Positions 12,218 to 24,085 of a stretch of DNA of 64,000 nt are shown in pieces. This DNA is from Perna viridis (lineage: Eukaryota): contig CM074522.1 of NCBI GenBank assembly GCA_037379345.1, forward strand, positions 3,162,001 to 3,226,000. The letters run 5' to 3'. The position numbers and the translations under genes were made by a program. The notes below the pieces were generated by a model that was not told the origin of the DNA, ran no database searches, and was given only the letters and a program-made list of their open reading frames with translations. Numbering within the stretch: the stretch's first letter is position 1; each line of letters starts with the position of its first letter.

Positions 12218-12902
12218 GAAGGGTCTGAAAATTGCCAACGATGTTAGAACTGTCAAATTTGCGAAGCAAATTATTTTGGTCGTTCCCTCCGCGGGACTCG
12301 AACTCATACCCCTGTGACATCTATGGCAACACCGCCTGCACAAAGTCCAGCGCCCTGGACCACTCGGCCAGCTAGGCTATATAAAAATATAGATTTCGCT
12401 GGCCAGGTCATTCCTCCTCGTAGGATTAATCTAGGACTGTAACTTAGTACACGATATATGGTAGTACGGGACAGTTCATCTAGGTGTTATTATGTAGGAT
12501 AGAGGATCAAATTAATGATGCATGTCACAACAAATCAATATTATACAACGTCTCAGAATGTGACGACTCTATTCGTTACATTGCTCCATTGGATCAAATT
12601 GATACAGGGAAGATAACGTTGACTTATAGAAGGGTCTGAAAAATTCCCAACGATGTTAGAACTGTCAAATTTGCGAAGCAAATTTTCTTTGGTCGTTCCC
12701 TCCGCGGGACTCGAACTCGTACCCCTGTGACATCTATGGCAACACCGCCTGCACAAAGTCCAGCGCCCTAGACCACTCGGCCAGCTAGGCTATATAAAAA
12801 TATAGCTTTCGCTGGCCGGGTCATTCCTCCTCGAAGGATTAATCTAGGACTGTAACTTAGTACACGATGTATGGTAGTACGGGACAGTTCATCTAGGTGT
12901 TA
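12217..12902 (-). repeat. 411-bp tandem unit (~1.7 copies) containing a tRNA-derived Pol III-type head; retrozyme-like candidate
   Basis: Direct repeats at 12217-12489 and 12628-12902. On the - strand, A box TGGCCGAGTGG (plus-strand 12360-12370) and B box AGTTCGAGTCC (plus-strand 12294-12304), with a tRNA-Leu/Ser-like 5' half. Confidence 0.8.
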
Positions 12903-13107
12903 GGACGCTTACCCTACCGGTGCAGCTGGTCCATGCTCCCAGTTTTTAGTGGAGTCCGAGTTGCTCATTTGCTTTTGTTACTTTGTATGTATGATTTTAG
13001 TTACTGTATGTTCTTTGATGTGTATGTCTGTTTTCCATGTCGGGTCTTTGTCCCTGGATTACATTCTTTTGATTACCGCTATAACCTTGGTTCCCTTGAT
13101 TACTCTT
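12902..13107 (+). mobile_element. PLE 3' terminal fragment
   Basis: aggacgcttaccctaccggtgc...ccttgattactctt. Confidence 0.85.
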
Positions 13108-13578
13108 GAAAAATACGTCCACCACACTGAACAAATATGTTCAGTAATGTAAAAATTCCAGCATTTTGTAAACATCTTCCTCTGTATATTTGGAAGATGA
13201 TTTGGAATTATTTCTTACAAAGTATGAGGAATCTCTATCAAGAACTATATATTTGTATCTAGGTGTACCATTTTTTTTTTTGAAAAACAACGATGTTTTT
13301 AAATCGGGATTTTAACTGAGTATGGGGAATAGAAGTATACAGTGTTGAAAAATCGTAGGTTTTAATGCTATTATATTCAGATGTATCAAATCCCCGAAAT
13401 TAGGATTGTTTAAAGATAATACGTCATCTATATAGCGGAAACTGAGATTGAAGGATCTAGCCAAACGATATTCTTTCTTTCTGGTCAGATAGCTATAATG
13501 TCAGCCTCATAAAAGTGAAGGAATAGGTCAGCAAGTAAAGGAGCACAATAAGTTCCCACTGGAATGCCGAACGTTTGT

Positions 13579-13725
13579 TGACTTTTTATGAGCATCTCGG
13601 TGGATGTTTCTAGAAAAGCAGAGGACGCTTACCCTACCGGTGCACCTGGTCTACGCTTCCAGTTTTTGGTGGAGTCCGAGTTACTCATTTGCTTTTGTTA
13701 CTTTGTATGTATGATTTTAGTTACC
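13579..13725 (+). mobile_element. PLE terminal fragment (structured part)
   Basis: gactttttatgagcatctcgg...gattttagttac. Confidence 0.8.
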
Positions 13726-14636
13726 TAAGTTGCAGCATAAACTTTGTAAGAATTCTACAGTCACTTTAATATTCAATTACAGAATGTAACCAGTTGTTGT
13801 CGATAAGTAAAACGGGTGTTTTGGTATTGAGAAAATGTTTTGAAACTGATTCACGATCTACAATTATTCTTTTCCTCCACTTTTGCGAGCATGAAAGTGC
13901 TATTTAACGACGATTGGATTAAATAAATGGATAATTAGAACTCGTAATCTGAAATGACAGGTTCAAAAACGAACATGTAATGTGCTGATAACCAAAGTAA
14001 TACTTATTTGGACTGCATTTTATGAAACATTCGCAATTTGTTTTCATTGTTTTGGTATCAGAACACACAGGAATGCCACATGCTTTTAGCAAAAAATATG
14101 AAATTTGTGCATTTTCAGACGTCGTCGTCTATTATTGGGAACTATATCGACATTATTTTGACAAGAACTATTAGTAAAATATGACTGATACTCCGCGTAA
14201 CCTATCGGTAAGTTGGTTATTTGCAATCGCTAACATCTACATTTTATGATCAAGTTGCAATACTTGCATTTAGTTATTATGGATCTGCTCACGTTCATTT
14301 CTCTCGCTCCAGTGGTGTAATATCTATTTTGCAAGATTTGTGTTAAACTTGACTTTATTATGAATCGGATAAGTGTTCGGTAATTTTGTTATTACTTTTA
14401 TTTACAGTGTGATAGTTGTGTTTTTAATAATGCTTTTGTATATTATAGATATATTGCTTATTTTTTAAGTCGTGTAGTTTTCATTGCAGTTATTTGAAAT
14501 TTGAATTGAATTGATCTGGTTTTGTTAGATTCTGTTGTTCATATATATATTTATCTTTGTCAGGGCATACGGCCGTAAAATGCATGATATTTAGTCTCTT
14601 TTTAAGCATCTCAGGACCAATACAGCAAGGTTCAGG

Positions 14637-14682
14637 ATGTACGCCTTGAGAATATTCTCCGTTCTGTTCGTAGTTTCAACAG
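14637..14682 (+). CDS. Candidate alternative signal-peptide exon (MYALRIFSVLFVVST-G, phase 1)
   Basis: Acceptor tttgtcag at 14563, ATG at 14637, hydrophobic peptide, donor ACAG|gtaata. Phase is compatible with the exon at 25263. A possible UTR exon lies at 14119-14207 (tttcag|...cg|gtaagt). Confidence 0.45.
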
Positions 14683-15002
14683 GTAATAACATACTTTTCT
14701 TTTTATATGCACCAGACTTTCTTTCGGAGGACTATGTTGTATTATGCCGCTGTCCATCCGTTCGTCTCTCCATCCATTTTTGCACATTTTTCTTATAATG
14801 TTTCTTTGCATTAAAATTATTTTTTGGCACGTTAAGGGGTTTCGTGTAAGAAAGATGAATCTTAATCATGATAAATATTTGTGTCATTTGTTATATTCAT
14901 ATTTATTTTGTCTAAACTCATCAAATTAAAGTGTTGAAATCTTAATTACCTCCACGATCCAGTGTTCACCATTAACTTTTAGTGGTAGGTACTTTTGATA
15001 AC

Positions 15003-15518
15003 TCCCCGTGCAGGTCCGGGTGTTAAAAGAATAGGCCTGCAGCAGCGCTAAGCTTGTCGTAAAAGGCGACTAACTAGTGCTCAGAACCCTAGCCGGGGGC
15101 TAGGGCGCTCTGCCCACAGAGCAAATGGGATGTGTGCCCCAGGTGGTGGAATGGGGTACCCCTGGCGTGTTACATGCTGGGGTTGTCAGGCTATAATACG
15201 GAAAACCTGACCGCAAACCATAGTGGTGCACCGTGTTGGGAAAGATGCCACGTTCCTCGCACGTTAAAGAACCCTACTGTGGTATTCTCCCGGAGTAGGA
15301 ACCATGGGCTCCGCCACAGGAGGCGAAATTGCCCGACCCTACCCACCTCTCCCTATTTCCAGTGGCAATCTAAATTTGTCGCCCCCATTGTCCTTGTGTC
15401 CCTTCCCTTTTTTCATTTCATCATCATTTCATGTTCATTTTATCATCAATTTCATGTTCATCGTCTGAATATAGCTGAAATATTGCTGCTCGGACGTTAA
15501 ACCCCAACAAACAAACAA
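15003..15518 (+). mobile_element. ~510-bp SINE-like retroposon, copy 2
   Basis: Degenerate 12-bp TSD acttttgataac/acttttaatagc at 14991-15002 and 15519-15530. (AAAC)n tail. Confidence 0.9.
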
Positions 15519-16130
15519 ACTTTTAATAGCAAATATTTGGAATAAGTTTTCTGACTAAGATATCGAAGTAACACATACGATGACACGAATTAACCCACTT
15601 TAACCAAGCGTTTGGAACTTGTCCAAGAGTGCGAACTAAATAAAAAAACATTTTTAAAGTGGTGAGTTGTAAGAATTTACCAGCATTTGTAGATTTTGAC
15701 ACTTGACGTATGAAATACCTACTTTCATTTTACTCGAGACTCTCGTTGCAAATGTTTTGACAGTTTCAATTATTAATCCGGGCCACCATCCACAAAAATC
15801 AGGTGTTTTTTGTGACTACAAACTAAACCTTATGTATTACTTACCGAAATTTCAATACAATATTTTGGGTTCAGTATCTCATAAAAACAAGAATTTGATC
15901 CCCGACAAGTACACAAGAGAAGTTGACCATTGATATTTCTTAAAAATCGGAATCTAACCTTCCATATCAAGTGAATCATATTTGCAGTCCCGTTTTGTAT
16001 ATAAACAGGAATTAAACTCATCACTTCAGATGGCATTGTCTCGAACTTGTTTCCGTTTTTTTTTTTTCAAAAAACCTATCTCTAGTTACAATTTCACGTA
16101 TACATCAGTCCAAACAATACACAGTAAACT

Positions 16131-17065
16131 ATGGCATCAAAAGAGTCTATCAGCGAACTTAAGCAGTTGATTCTTGGTCTGAATAAGAAGGTAGACTCAT
16201 TAAATGAAAACCTCAATAGAGTGAAACAAAACCTCAATACAGCTGTCGATGAAATAAAAGCAGATGTAAACAAGATCAAAAATGAGGTCGTCAAAACCCA
16301 AACAGAGTTACAATAATTACGTGATGAGCATACATAATTAGAAAACGTGTAGGGCACATAGAGCAAGATCTGCACAGGCAAGAACACAAAAAATGGAATT
16401 AATCAGACAGAGCCTAGATAATAAGATTCAATAAGTACGTGAAGAACTTTTGCTACTAGAAAAGCATGACCGTAAGTACAATTCCTTGGTGTATGGAATC
16501 CATGATAAAAATGATGAAAACATATTCGAAACTCTCCGTATATTTTCCCAGGAAGATTTGGGGATTCAATCTAGCAGGATAGATGAGACATTTATAGACA
16601 AAATTTATTTTTAAATTTTAGATCATCTATTAGGCAATAGATAAACACTTTCTATAACAATATAACGGCATCAATAACTCAAAACAATTATCTATCCGAT
16701 TTTTCCGATTAGAAAGAGGATGTAGACAAGGGGACCCACTATTACTCTATATAGTTCTATTATGTGCGGAAATTCTTGGAATTATGGGAAAAAGAAATGA
16801 AAATATTGAGGGAATTACTGTGGATGACACAGAAATATTAATATCACAATATGCGGATGACACATCTTTAATCTTAGACGGCTCTGAGAAATCATTAGAT
16901 GCATCTCTTCGTACATTACAAAATATGCTAGTGTGTCTGGTCTCAAAATGAATATTGCTAAGACGACGTTTGAGTGGTTTGGGAAGAAAAAGTATAGTCA
17001 GGAGACAACGTGTGTAAAGTGGGGATTTGAATGGGGCTCCAGCAGTTTTACACTTTTGGGTATAA
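16131..17065 (+). mobile_element. L1/Tx1-type LINE remnant: coiled-coil ORF1 followed by an RT-core fragment
   Basis: Coiled coil MASKESISELKQLI..., then EKHDRKYNSLVYGI, then FRLERGCRQGDPLLLYIVLLCAEILG and ILISQYADDTSLILDG...GLKMNIAKT. In-frame stops present. Confidence 0.85.
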
Positions 17066-17239
17066 CACGCACTAAACATTGCTGTTGTGATACTAATAGT
17101 TAACGAGGCCGGGAGAAGGTACCGGTATTTGATGTTTTTTCTTCTAACAAATGTACAGTCTTCAATAAAAAATATCAATTAAAAAAAAGAAATGGTGTAC
17201 AGTAGCCCATTAAGTTGTATATGTAGGTCAGGAATAAAA

Positions 17240-17650
17240 AGCAAAAAAAAATATTTCTGGTGCATGCACACTTAATATTATAACTGTATGGAAATATACA
17301 CTAGGTTATATACATGGAGGAAGTCTTGTTTGAATTTTCGGGGATTGGGTGAAGCAATTAGAGAAAATGGTCTTTAAAGTAACCAAAACACATATTTTCC
17401 TTGTGTCTACACAACTTGAATATAAGAGTATAAATCTTTACAAAGCTGTTACAACAATGGTTCATACTTCAATATGAAGACTAAGTTTAAATAAGGGTTA
17501 TTGGAGGAAGCAATCAGAAAAAAAGGGGTTGTAAAGTGGCCAAAAACAAATATGTTCTGGTGTCCACACGACTTAAGTATAAGTGTATGAATCTTTATGC
17601 AAATGTACCTCAATGTTTCATGCCACTGAGAGAAAGCTGAATTTAAATAT
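17240..17650 (+). mobile_element. Degenerate Helentron-associated (HINE-like) internal ~130-140-bp repeats
   Basis: Three diverged units (aaaa..tatttctggtg..cacacaactt..gtatgaatcttt) similar to those at 29.7-30.7 kb. Family assignment is by resemblance only. Confidence 0.4.
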
Positions 17651-18367
17651 TATTAGGTTATGGTTTGTTTTAAATAATTATGAAGTGGAACTTAAGTAAA
17701 AGTTCATATACCACTGTAATAAAAACTGATGAACCAGGTCTAAATATGATATTTTTTTTTTCAAATTATCATGTAAACCTTTAAGATGAGATATGCAGGT
17801 AAAGAGCTGTACGTTTATAGTCTATACCATTTATAGTGATTCAAAAAGTTTTATCCATACAGTATATTGGACTGCCTTGGCTGTTTTGTAAAACAATGCT
17901 TGTCTAAAGTGCAGGAGCCAGGTCATACCAAAGTGGTAAATTTGATAGATTTAGCAGGAGTCATTTTACAGCAACCTCATAGAGTGGTCCTTGATAACAA
18001 AATTCACAAAAGATAAGGGTGAAATTACAAGAATTGGTGAACTGAAAAAGAAAAACGGGGATGTATCTGACGAATATGAAAAGGCGCAGCCACTCAATAA
18101 TTATTTTTGATCTATATCTACGATTAATGAACACCAAAAGATTGAGTGATGTCCCTTGATAACCAAGGTTAGCTGAGACACCGCTGCAGACATATGTGGT
18201 AATTTGAGGTATTCAATTTGTGAATTCGAATATGGAGCGAGAAATTGAAGAGTTATGTAAAAGAATGGACACAGATCATTTTAATTGATTAGTTGAGGGC
18301 ATACAAGGTGAATTGAGTAAATAAAATGAAATTGAGTCGAGCAAACCCAACGGAAACAAAGAAAACA

Positions 18368-19408
18368 TGGCGCGTCCTTCGCTGAAGTAGTTCGTAATAA
18401 CAAAGTGAATACGCCCAATGGACCCCTTTAAAGCTCGGATCGTGATATAACAATGACCGAAAAAGAAAACCATGTCCCGAATGATTATATCAAACCAGTA
18501 ATTTTGAAAGATGCTGATATACATGACGCAGTAAAACACCCAATGGCTCTATTTGCAAAGCCATTGACCAAAAGACACCCCAGAGAGAGTTAAAGGTATT
18601 CAAAGGGTCCATGAAATATGGCGGATATAAATATCTCGATAACGAGGGTGACATACTGTCTTTGGCAGGTGCCCCTTTACTTGCAGAAGCCTCGCAATCC
18701 TGGCATTCCTATACCTAGCACCATAAGGATTACAGTGAAGAATATTCCAATATATCTGCAGATGACGGACAGATCCACCGAGCACTTACACTTAAGGGTT
18801 GTAAAATCCTTAATCTCACTAGGGAACGCCTAGGAATCAACAGCAAACTTACCAACTGTCAAACTTGTAATAGAATTATTATCAGTAAAACACTGTAAAG
18901 TCCCATACAAAGAAACTTACAAATCGGCAGATATGTAGGCATAGTGATGCATAGTGGTCAACCTGAGTTTTCAAATAAAACAAACAGGACATGACAGTGG
19001 TGAAAATGAGAATACAAGCCAGAAATGTTTAAGTTCAGACCATCTAAATTATGAATGAAAAATGGCCAGGTGTGCAGAACGCGTAAGAATCCAGGGCATA
19101 AAATAGTCCAAGATGAAATCAGCACTGAAAATATAACAACAGAAAGCAGTGCTGATGTATATTATGTAAATGAACATATAAAAGAGAAGCATGTGACCAA
19201 ACCGAATAGCAATATTGCGACGGCAAACCAAAAAACCATCAAAATCACGATCAATACTATCGTTTTCAAACAAATAGAAAATTATCATAAAGTAACAGTT
19301 CGAAGAAAGAAAAATATCTTCTTTTGTGTTTTTATGATTTATCTTAAATTTGCTTTTGACGGAGTTTGGCACACAGCTTTACTGATAAAACTTAAAGCAT
19401 ATGTATAG
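18368..19408 (+). mobile_element. Decayed LINE gag-like ORF1 (degenerate CCHC knuckles) plus a short RT fragment
   Basis: GIQRVHEIWRI, TIRITVKNIP, degenerate knuckles CLSSDH and CRTRKNPGH, then YLKFAFDGVWHTALLIKLKAY (RT AFDxVWH motif). Confidence 0.6.
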
Positions 19409-20005
19409 TACGGTGGTTTTTGTATGTTATGTATATATGCTTATTATGTCTATAATTAATTTCTATGCTGCATGACGCGTTTAAAATATTAACTTATTTT
19501 ACTGGTTTGTTTTCTATTCTTCAGATGATCATCAACCAATACTTAGTATTTTAGTTCTTTGATTTACCTTTAGAAATATACATGTATGTTTTGATTTTAT
19601 AGCACATGTGTTTTACTTATTTATAGTATGCTAATTACAGTGACCTTAGGTCAATCATGACACTGGCCTTACGTAGTTAGGTTTTGGAGGAAAATGTCTA
19701 TTGTGTTGGTTAGTGAGTTCTTTTTAGTCAGTAGCCATAGTCTTGTCTTATAGTTTGCAGAAGGTTGATTTGACTTGAAGTTTTCAGAGGTCACTTATTA
19801 ACTAACATTCTAGACCTTAATTTTGGAAGATTGATATATCTAGTGTGAATGTATGAAATTATAGTAAACATGATAATCTAATTAAAATCATACAAAACTA
19901 TTTCCATATTTAAATAGAAGTTAAAACTAATATTGATAACTTGAATTAGGTGAATGTGTGATTTTATAAACTCATATATAATTAAAGTGTAAAATTAGAT
20001 ATCTG

Positions 20006-20134
20006 GGGTCCATTTCACAAAAATATCGAAAGTGTAAAATGAGTCGTAAGTTATGATGTCATAATAAAGTTAAGTATTGTGACGTCACAACTTACGACTA
20101 ATTTTACTCTTACGATTTTTTGTGAAAAGGACCA
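20006..20134. mobile_element. Palindromic MITE with CTG TSD (PIF/Harbinger-like)
   Basis: ggtccatttcacaaaa...agtcgtaagtt is inverted against aacttacgact...ttttgtgaaaaggacc. Flanked by ctg at 20003-20005 and 20135-20137. Confidence 0.7.
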
Positions 20135-20984
20135 CTGACCGTTTTACTTATTCATTTTACATTGTTTTATCAATGCAAGCATTTGAGCTAAATATTTTGT
20201 GGTCATGCGAAAACATGACTTATGGTTGTTGTTTTTATTATGCAGATAGACAAGATTTGTTAGAATAGAGCAGTAGTTACTGAAGATATTGGATGAGTCA
20301 TTTGTACCTCATATGAGGTATGATATTTAGTTCAAATATTGAAGTTATAATATTATGAATTTTACTATTATTTTAGCAATACTTTGTTTCATCCTCTTTT
20401 ACTCTGCTCAAGTTATTGTATTTTGTATAGAGGTGCAAAAGCTTTATTTTTCACATAGATGTGCAAACAATCTAATCTTTCAGGCTTGAGCTATGTTACC
20501 TCAGGAATATTTTTCTATACCATAAATTTATAAGATATTAAGTAAATTGCTTAAACATACAGTTAATTACATAAATACCTCTCATATTCCATGAGACTAA
20601 TGATATGTTAGTTGAAATCATACTTATTAGTAATTAAAGCATGATGATAACGGCGAAGTTCGTATACATTATGTTTTTTAGATTTTTTGTGCAATTAATT
20701 GTCGCTTAAAGATAATAGTTATCTTTCTTTGCACTTGAGTTATAAAGTTACTTTTGTTCCATAGGGAACTTAATCTGGAACATTACATCTCGAATAAATA
20801 GTAAACAATTACGTATCATATTCAGTCAACGCCCTGCCAGAGCTAGCCAGGCGTTCCATATGTTGTAAGCGACACTAGGAACTGGTTTCAAAGCTACCTA
20901 TCGTCCAGAGCGTAAAGTGTTTTAGTATAGCCAAGTCAAAAAACCCCTCTGAAGCAAACAAACAGTGGAGTACCACAAGGATCT

Positions 20985-21132
20985 GTTGCTCATTTACTTT
21001 TGTTACTTTGTATGTATGATTTTAGTTACTTTATGTTCTTTGTTGTGTATGTCTGTTTTCCATGTCTGGTCTTTGTCCCTGGATTACATTCTTTTGATTA
21101 CCGCTATAACCTTGGTTCCCTTGATTACTCTT
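20985..21132 (+). mobile_element. PLE 3' terminal fragment
   Basis: gttgctcatttacttttgttac...ccttgattactctt. Confidence 0.8.
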
Positions 21133-21615
21133 TCTCGGTCCTTCTTTAAGTTGCCAATATTTTAAGCGAATTCTTGCACTCCTAATTTCAAGTACTTAAC
21201 ATTCGGGAATGATTTGCATAATGAGATATTACTACTCCACATTAATCTGCTGATCGGTGCCGTTCTTTTCCGTCATATCTTCATACGAGATCAAAATTTA
21301 CCTCTTAAATGTCGTACATATGTGTTCTACGTGTGTTTTTGCTTGTATATAAGGGAACACACAACTCTATTCATGCTATTTCGCGTAATTATTTCTGCAA
21401 ATGCGTAATTCTGTTTATGTAATCGCGTAATTCTTCATATTCTTTTTATGCAGTCGTGTAATTAATTCTGCATATATGCATAATACTACTTATGCAATTC
21501 TGTTTTCATTTTTAATCATTTAATGGTTTTGTTTCCATATTTGAATTACTATGTGTGTTCTCTGACATGTCTGCGTGTTATTTAATGCTGTTTGTATACT
21601 ATGCCCTGTTAGTAT

Positions 21616-22984
21616 GGATGCAAGTCGCTCCGGCCCCAAACCTGTCCGGCCCAAAGTCGTTCCTGTCCAAAGTCGTTCCGGCCCCATTTTTTTATTGTAT
21701 ATATATGCATCATTTGGAAACAAGACTATGTTGAATTATCATGAAAGAACTGAATACAACAACAGAAAAAACTTACACCAAGGAAAACTTAAAGCCTTTG
21801 AATATGAACCCATACTTCCGCATAAATTTCAATATATTTTACCAGCATTGGAAACTCCATGATTAATAAACAAGGCAAGATTTTTCATATTTATTATAAT
21901 AGTTTAACAATACAGATAACAATTTAGCAGGATATCACAATGTAATATATATGCACTATACAAAACATAGCACTGGTATTAAAGCAAGTTTTTTCTGATA
22001 TCTATTATAGTAATTTAATACAGAAACAATCAAGCATGATCTATTACAATTCACATAGTTATCACAAAATGTCACAATTGTCATTAAATGACTATAACAC
22101 ACGTTCACATTTTCATTAAATAACTATCACAAACTTTCACATTGTCATTAAATAACTATCACACATTTCACTCGTCGTCGCTGTCGGAATCAATTGGTTC
22201 TTCATCTGCTTCTGGTATTGGTACGGTATACATGTTACCAATCTCTCTTAGAAATTCGGATGTCTTCATGGTTTTCTGTTACAGTTGGTCCCAGAGGTCT
22301 GTCAATCTACCCCGAGTTGTTTTGTACGTTGCCCGTTGGTACCGTTGTACAGCATGTTCTTCAACTAGACGTACGGTCAGGTTCACTTGCTTGGCTTCCT
22401 TCATTAAAGCTAGTACCAATTTGTAGAATTGAAGTTTACATCCAGAAGCTTTTGCGTTGAAACGGCGGTGCCATCCTGTAATGAAAAAAAAGTGGATAAT
22501 AAACAAATTGAAAAGGAATACAAATGAACATTTATTTACAAATGTATTCAAATATGATAAAATGAAAAGGAAACCATATTTATTCATCATTTCATTTGAT
22601 GCATCTTCATTTATAAATAAAAAAAATAACCAAATGTCTGTAGATCTATGGTGGGCAATGACGGATATGATTGATGTGTAATTTTAAGTAATAAGTATGA
22701 ACGATGTTGTGTATTGTAAGTTATATAAATTAAACATACCCTCAACGTCATTGTTGGTCCTTACTGTCTGCCTGAAGATTGACCACTGATGAACACTCCA
22801 GATGCTGTTGTATAACCATGTATTGCGCAAGTACGCAATAAGCTGTTGTAGTTGTGGTGATTTATCTAAATTCATTGACTAATTGGTAAAATTAAATATT
22901 TTTATTTTGGGGACGGAACGACTTTTAAAATGAGACCGGATCGACTTGGGGCAGGAACGACTTAAGACGGAACGACTGGAAAAC
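21616..22984 (-). mobile_element. Internally deleted Mutator-like (MULE) DNA transposon
   Basis: Subterminal arrays agtcgttcc(g) on the left and (c)ggaacgact on the right. 8-bp TSD gttagtat/gtcagtat at 21608-21615 and 22985-22992. Spliced transposase C-terminus ...WSIFRQTVRTNNDVEG|WHRRFN... (MULE TNNxxE motif). Confidence 0.85.
22190..22875 (-). pseudogene. MULE transposase C-terminal remnant with a GT-AG intron at 22739-22476
   Basis: Donor G|gtatgt at 22740/22739 and acceptor cag|GA at 22476/22475 join the exons in frame. In-frame stop at 22281-22279. N-terminus absent. Confidence 0.8.
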
Positions 22985-24030
22985 GTCAGTATATAGAGGA
23001 AAAACTGGGCATAGTATAAAGAGCATTAAATAGCAAATAGCAAACGGACATATCACAGAATAATAAAAAATGGGTTTGTGATATTAGAAATCAAATTTAT
23101 GATATTAAAAAATAAATTCCATTATGTTTATTATTATCAGAAAACACTTATTTTTGTCCATTTTGGCCAGGGAGTGTATAATCCATATTAGTGTCATTCA
23201 TAACTGGCTCAGTAACATGGTAGCTCTTTCGTATAAAATGTAGTCTCTTAACCTCCTTTTAGTTGTACATGTGAAATATGTGGAAGATTGAGCAAAACCC
23301 TGGACCAGGGAGTGTATATAAGATTTATGAAATCTCTGCTGTGGCCTTCGAAATTCCTCTTTGAGGAATTCCCCTTTTTATTTTGTTAATCTTGAAGAAA
23401 ACTCCATGTTTCAGATCTTCCTCTCGTCATCAGTAATGTGCTATATAATCCGTTCTACTCCCCTGCACATTATCTCCCGCAAGTAAATATTGAAGGATGT
23501 TCATGTAGTGTAGTCTTTTGTGGATATTTAGTCAAGTGGTAAATCAGATTGTGTACCTGTACGAATTGTACGCGTTCATTTGTCTTTTTTTTTAATGTTT
23601 TACCCTGATCCGAAGTTTTTTGCTTAATATTTGATACCTTTTAACTAACATCACTTACGGAACAGGTGAGCTTGGTCATACATAGCTCATATACAAAGTA
23701 CATGCATACATTGTACATGTGCGTATTGTTTCTGCTATTATCCATACCCTTTTTTGCTTAATCCAAAAAGCATATTAAGGTTTTACTCATATAATAAAGA
23801 TTAAATCAGTACTAGCTAGGTTCATGAATCCTGGTGTAATGTACTCTGGAGAGTTATCAGTAATGATACATGTTTATTGTGGTAATGTCATGAGATATTT
23901 TAGATTAATGATAACCTTCATACACAGTGTAGAAGATCAAGCAGTGATTCAACATTAACATTCATTGATTGTTCACAATCCACTCTTTCTTTTTGCATGT
24001 ATATTAAGACTATGAATATATGTTACTGAT

Positions 24031-24085
24031 ATGCATCTGACTTTGGAGATAATTTGCAGTGTTATGGTTATTGCTGTTACACATG
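24031..24085 (+). CDS. IgSF gene: signal-peptide exon MHLTLEIICSVMVIAVTH-G
   Basis: Hydrophobic N-terminus, strong donor G|gtaagt, phase 1. Confidence 0.6.

Noticed and set aside
12283-12377. Functional tRNA gene
   Set aside because: No acceptor-stem pairing and an oversized central region. It is tRNA-derived only, and the same applies to 55518-55591.
12405-12490. HDV-like ribozyme on the + strand (UCC-UCCUCGNA-GGA resembles P3/L3)
   Set aside because: I could not complete P1, P1.1 or P2 pairings or find a J4/2 segment.
12217-12902. TRIM or LTR element (two ~275-bp direct repeats)
   Set aside because: No TG...CA ends, PBS or TSD seen. Both outer ends are set by PLE junctions, which fits a partial tandem better.
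15040-15085. HDV-like ribozyme in the SINE head (CGAC-UAA resembles J4/2)
   Set aside because: There is no room for P3/L3/P1 between the putative P2 and P4, so the topology does not fit.
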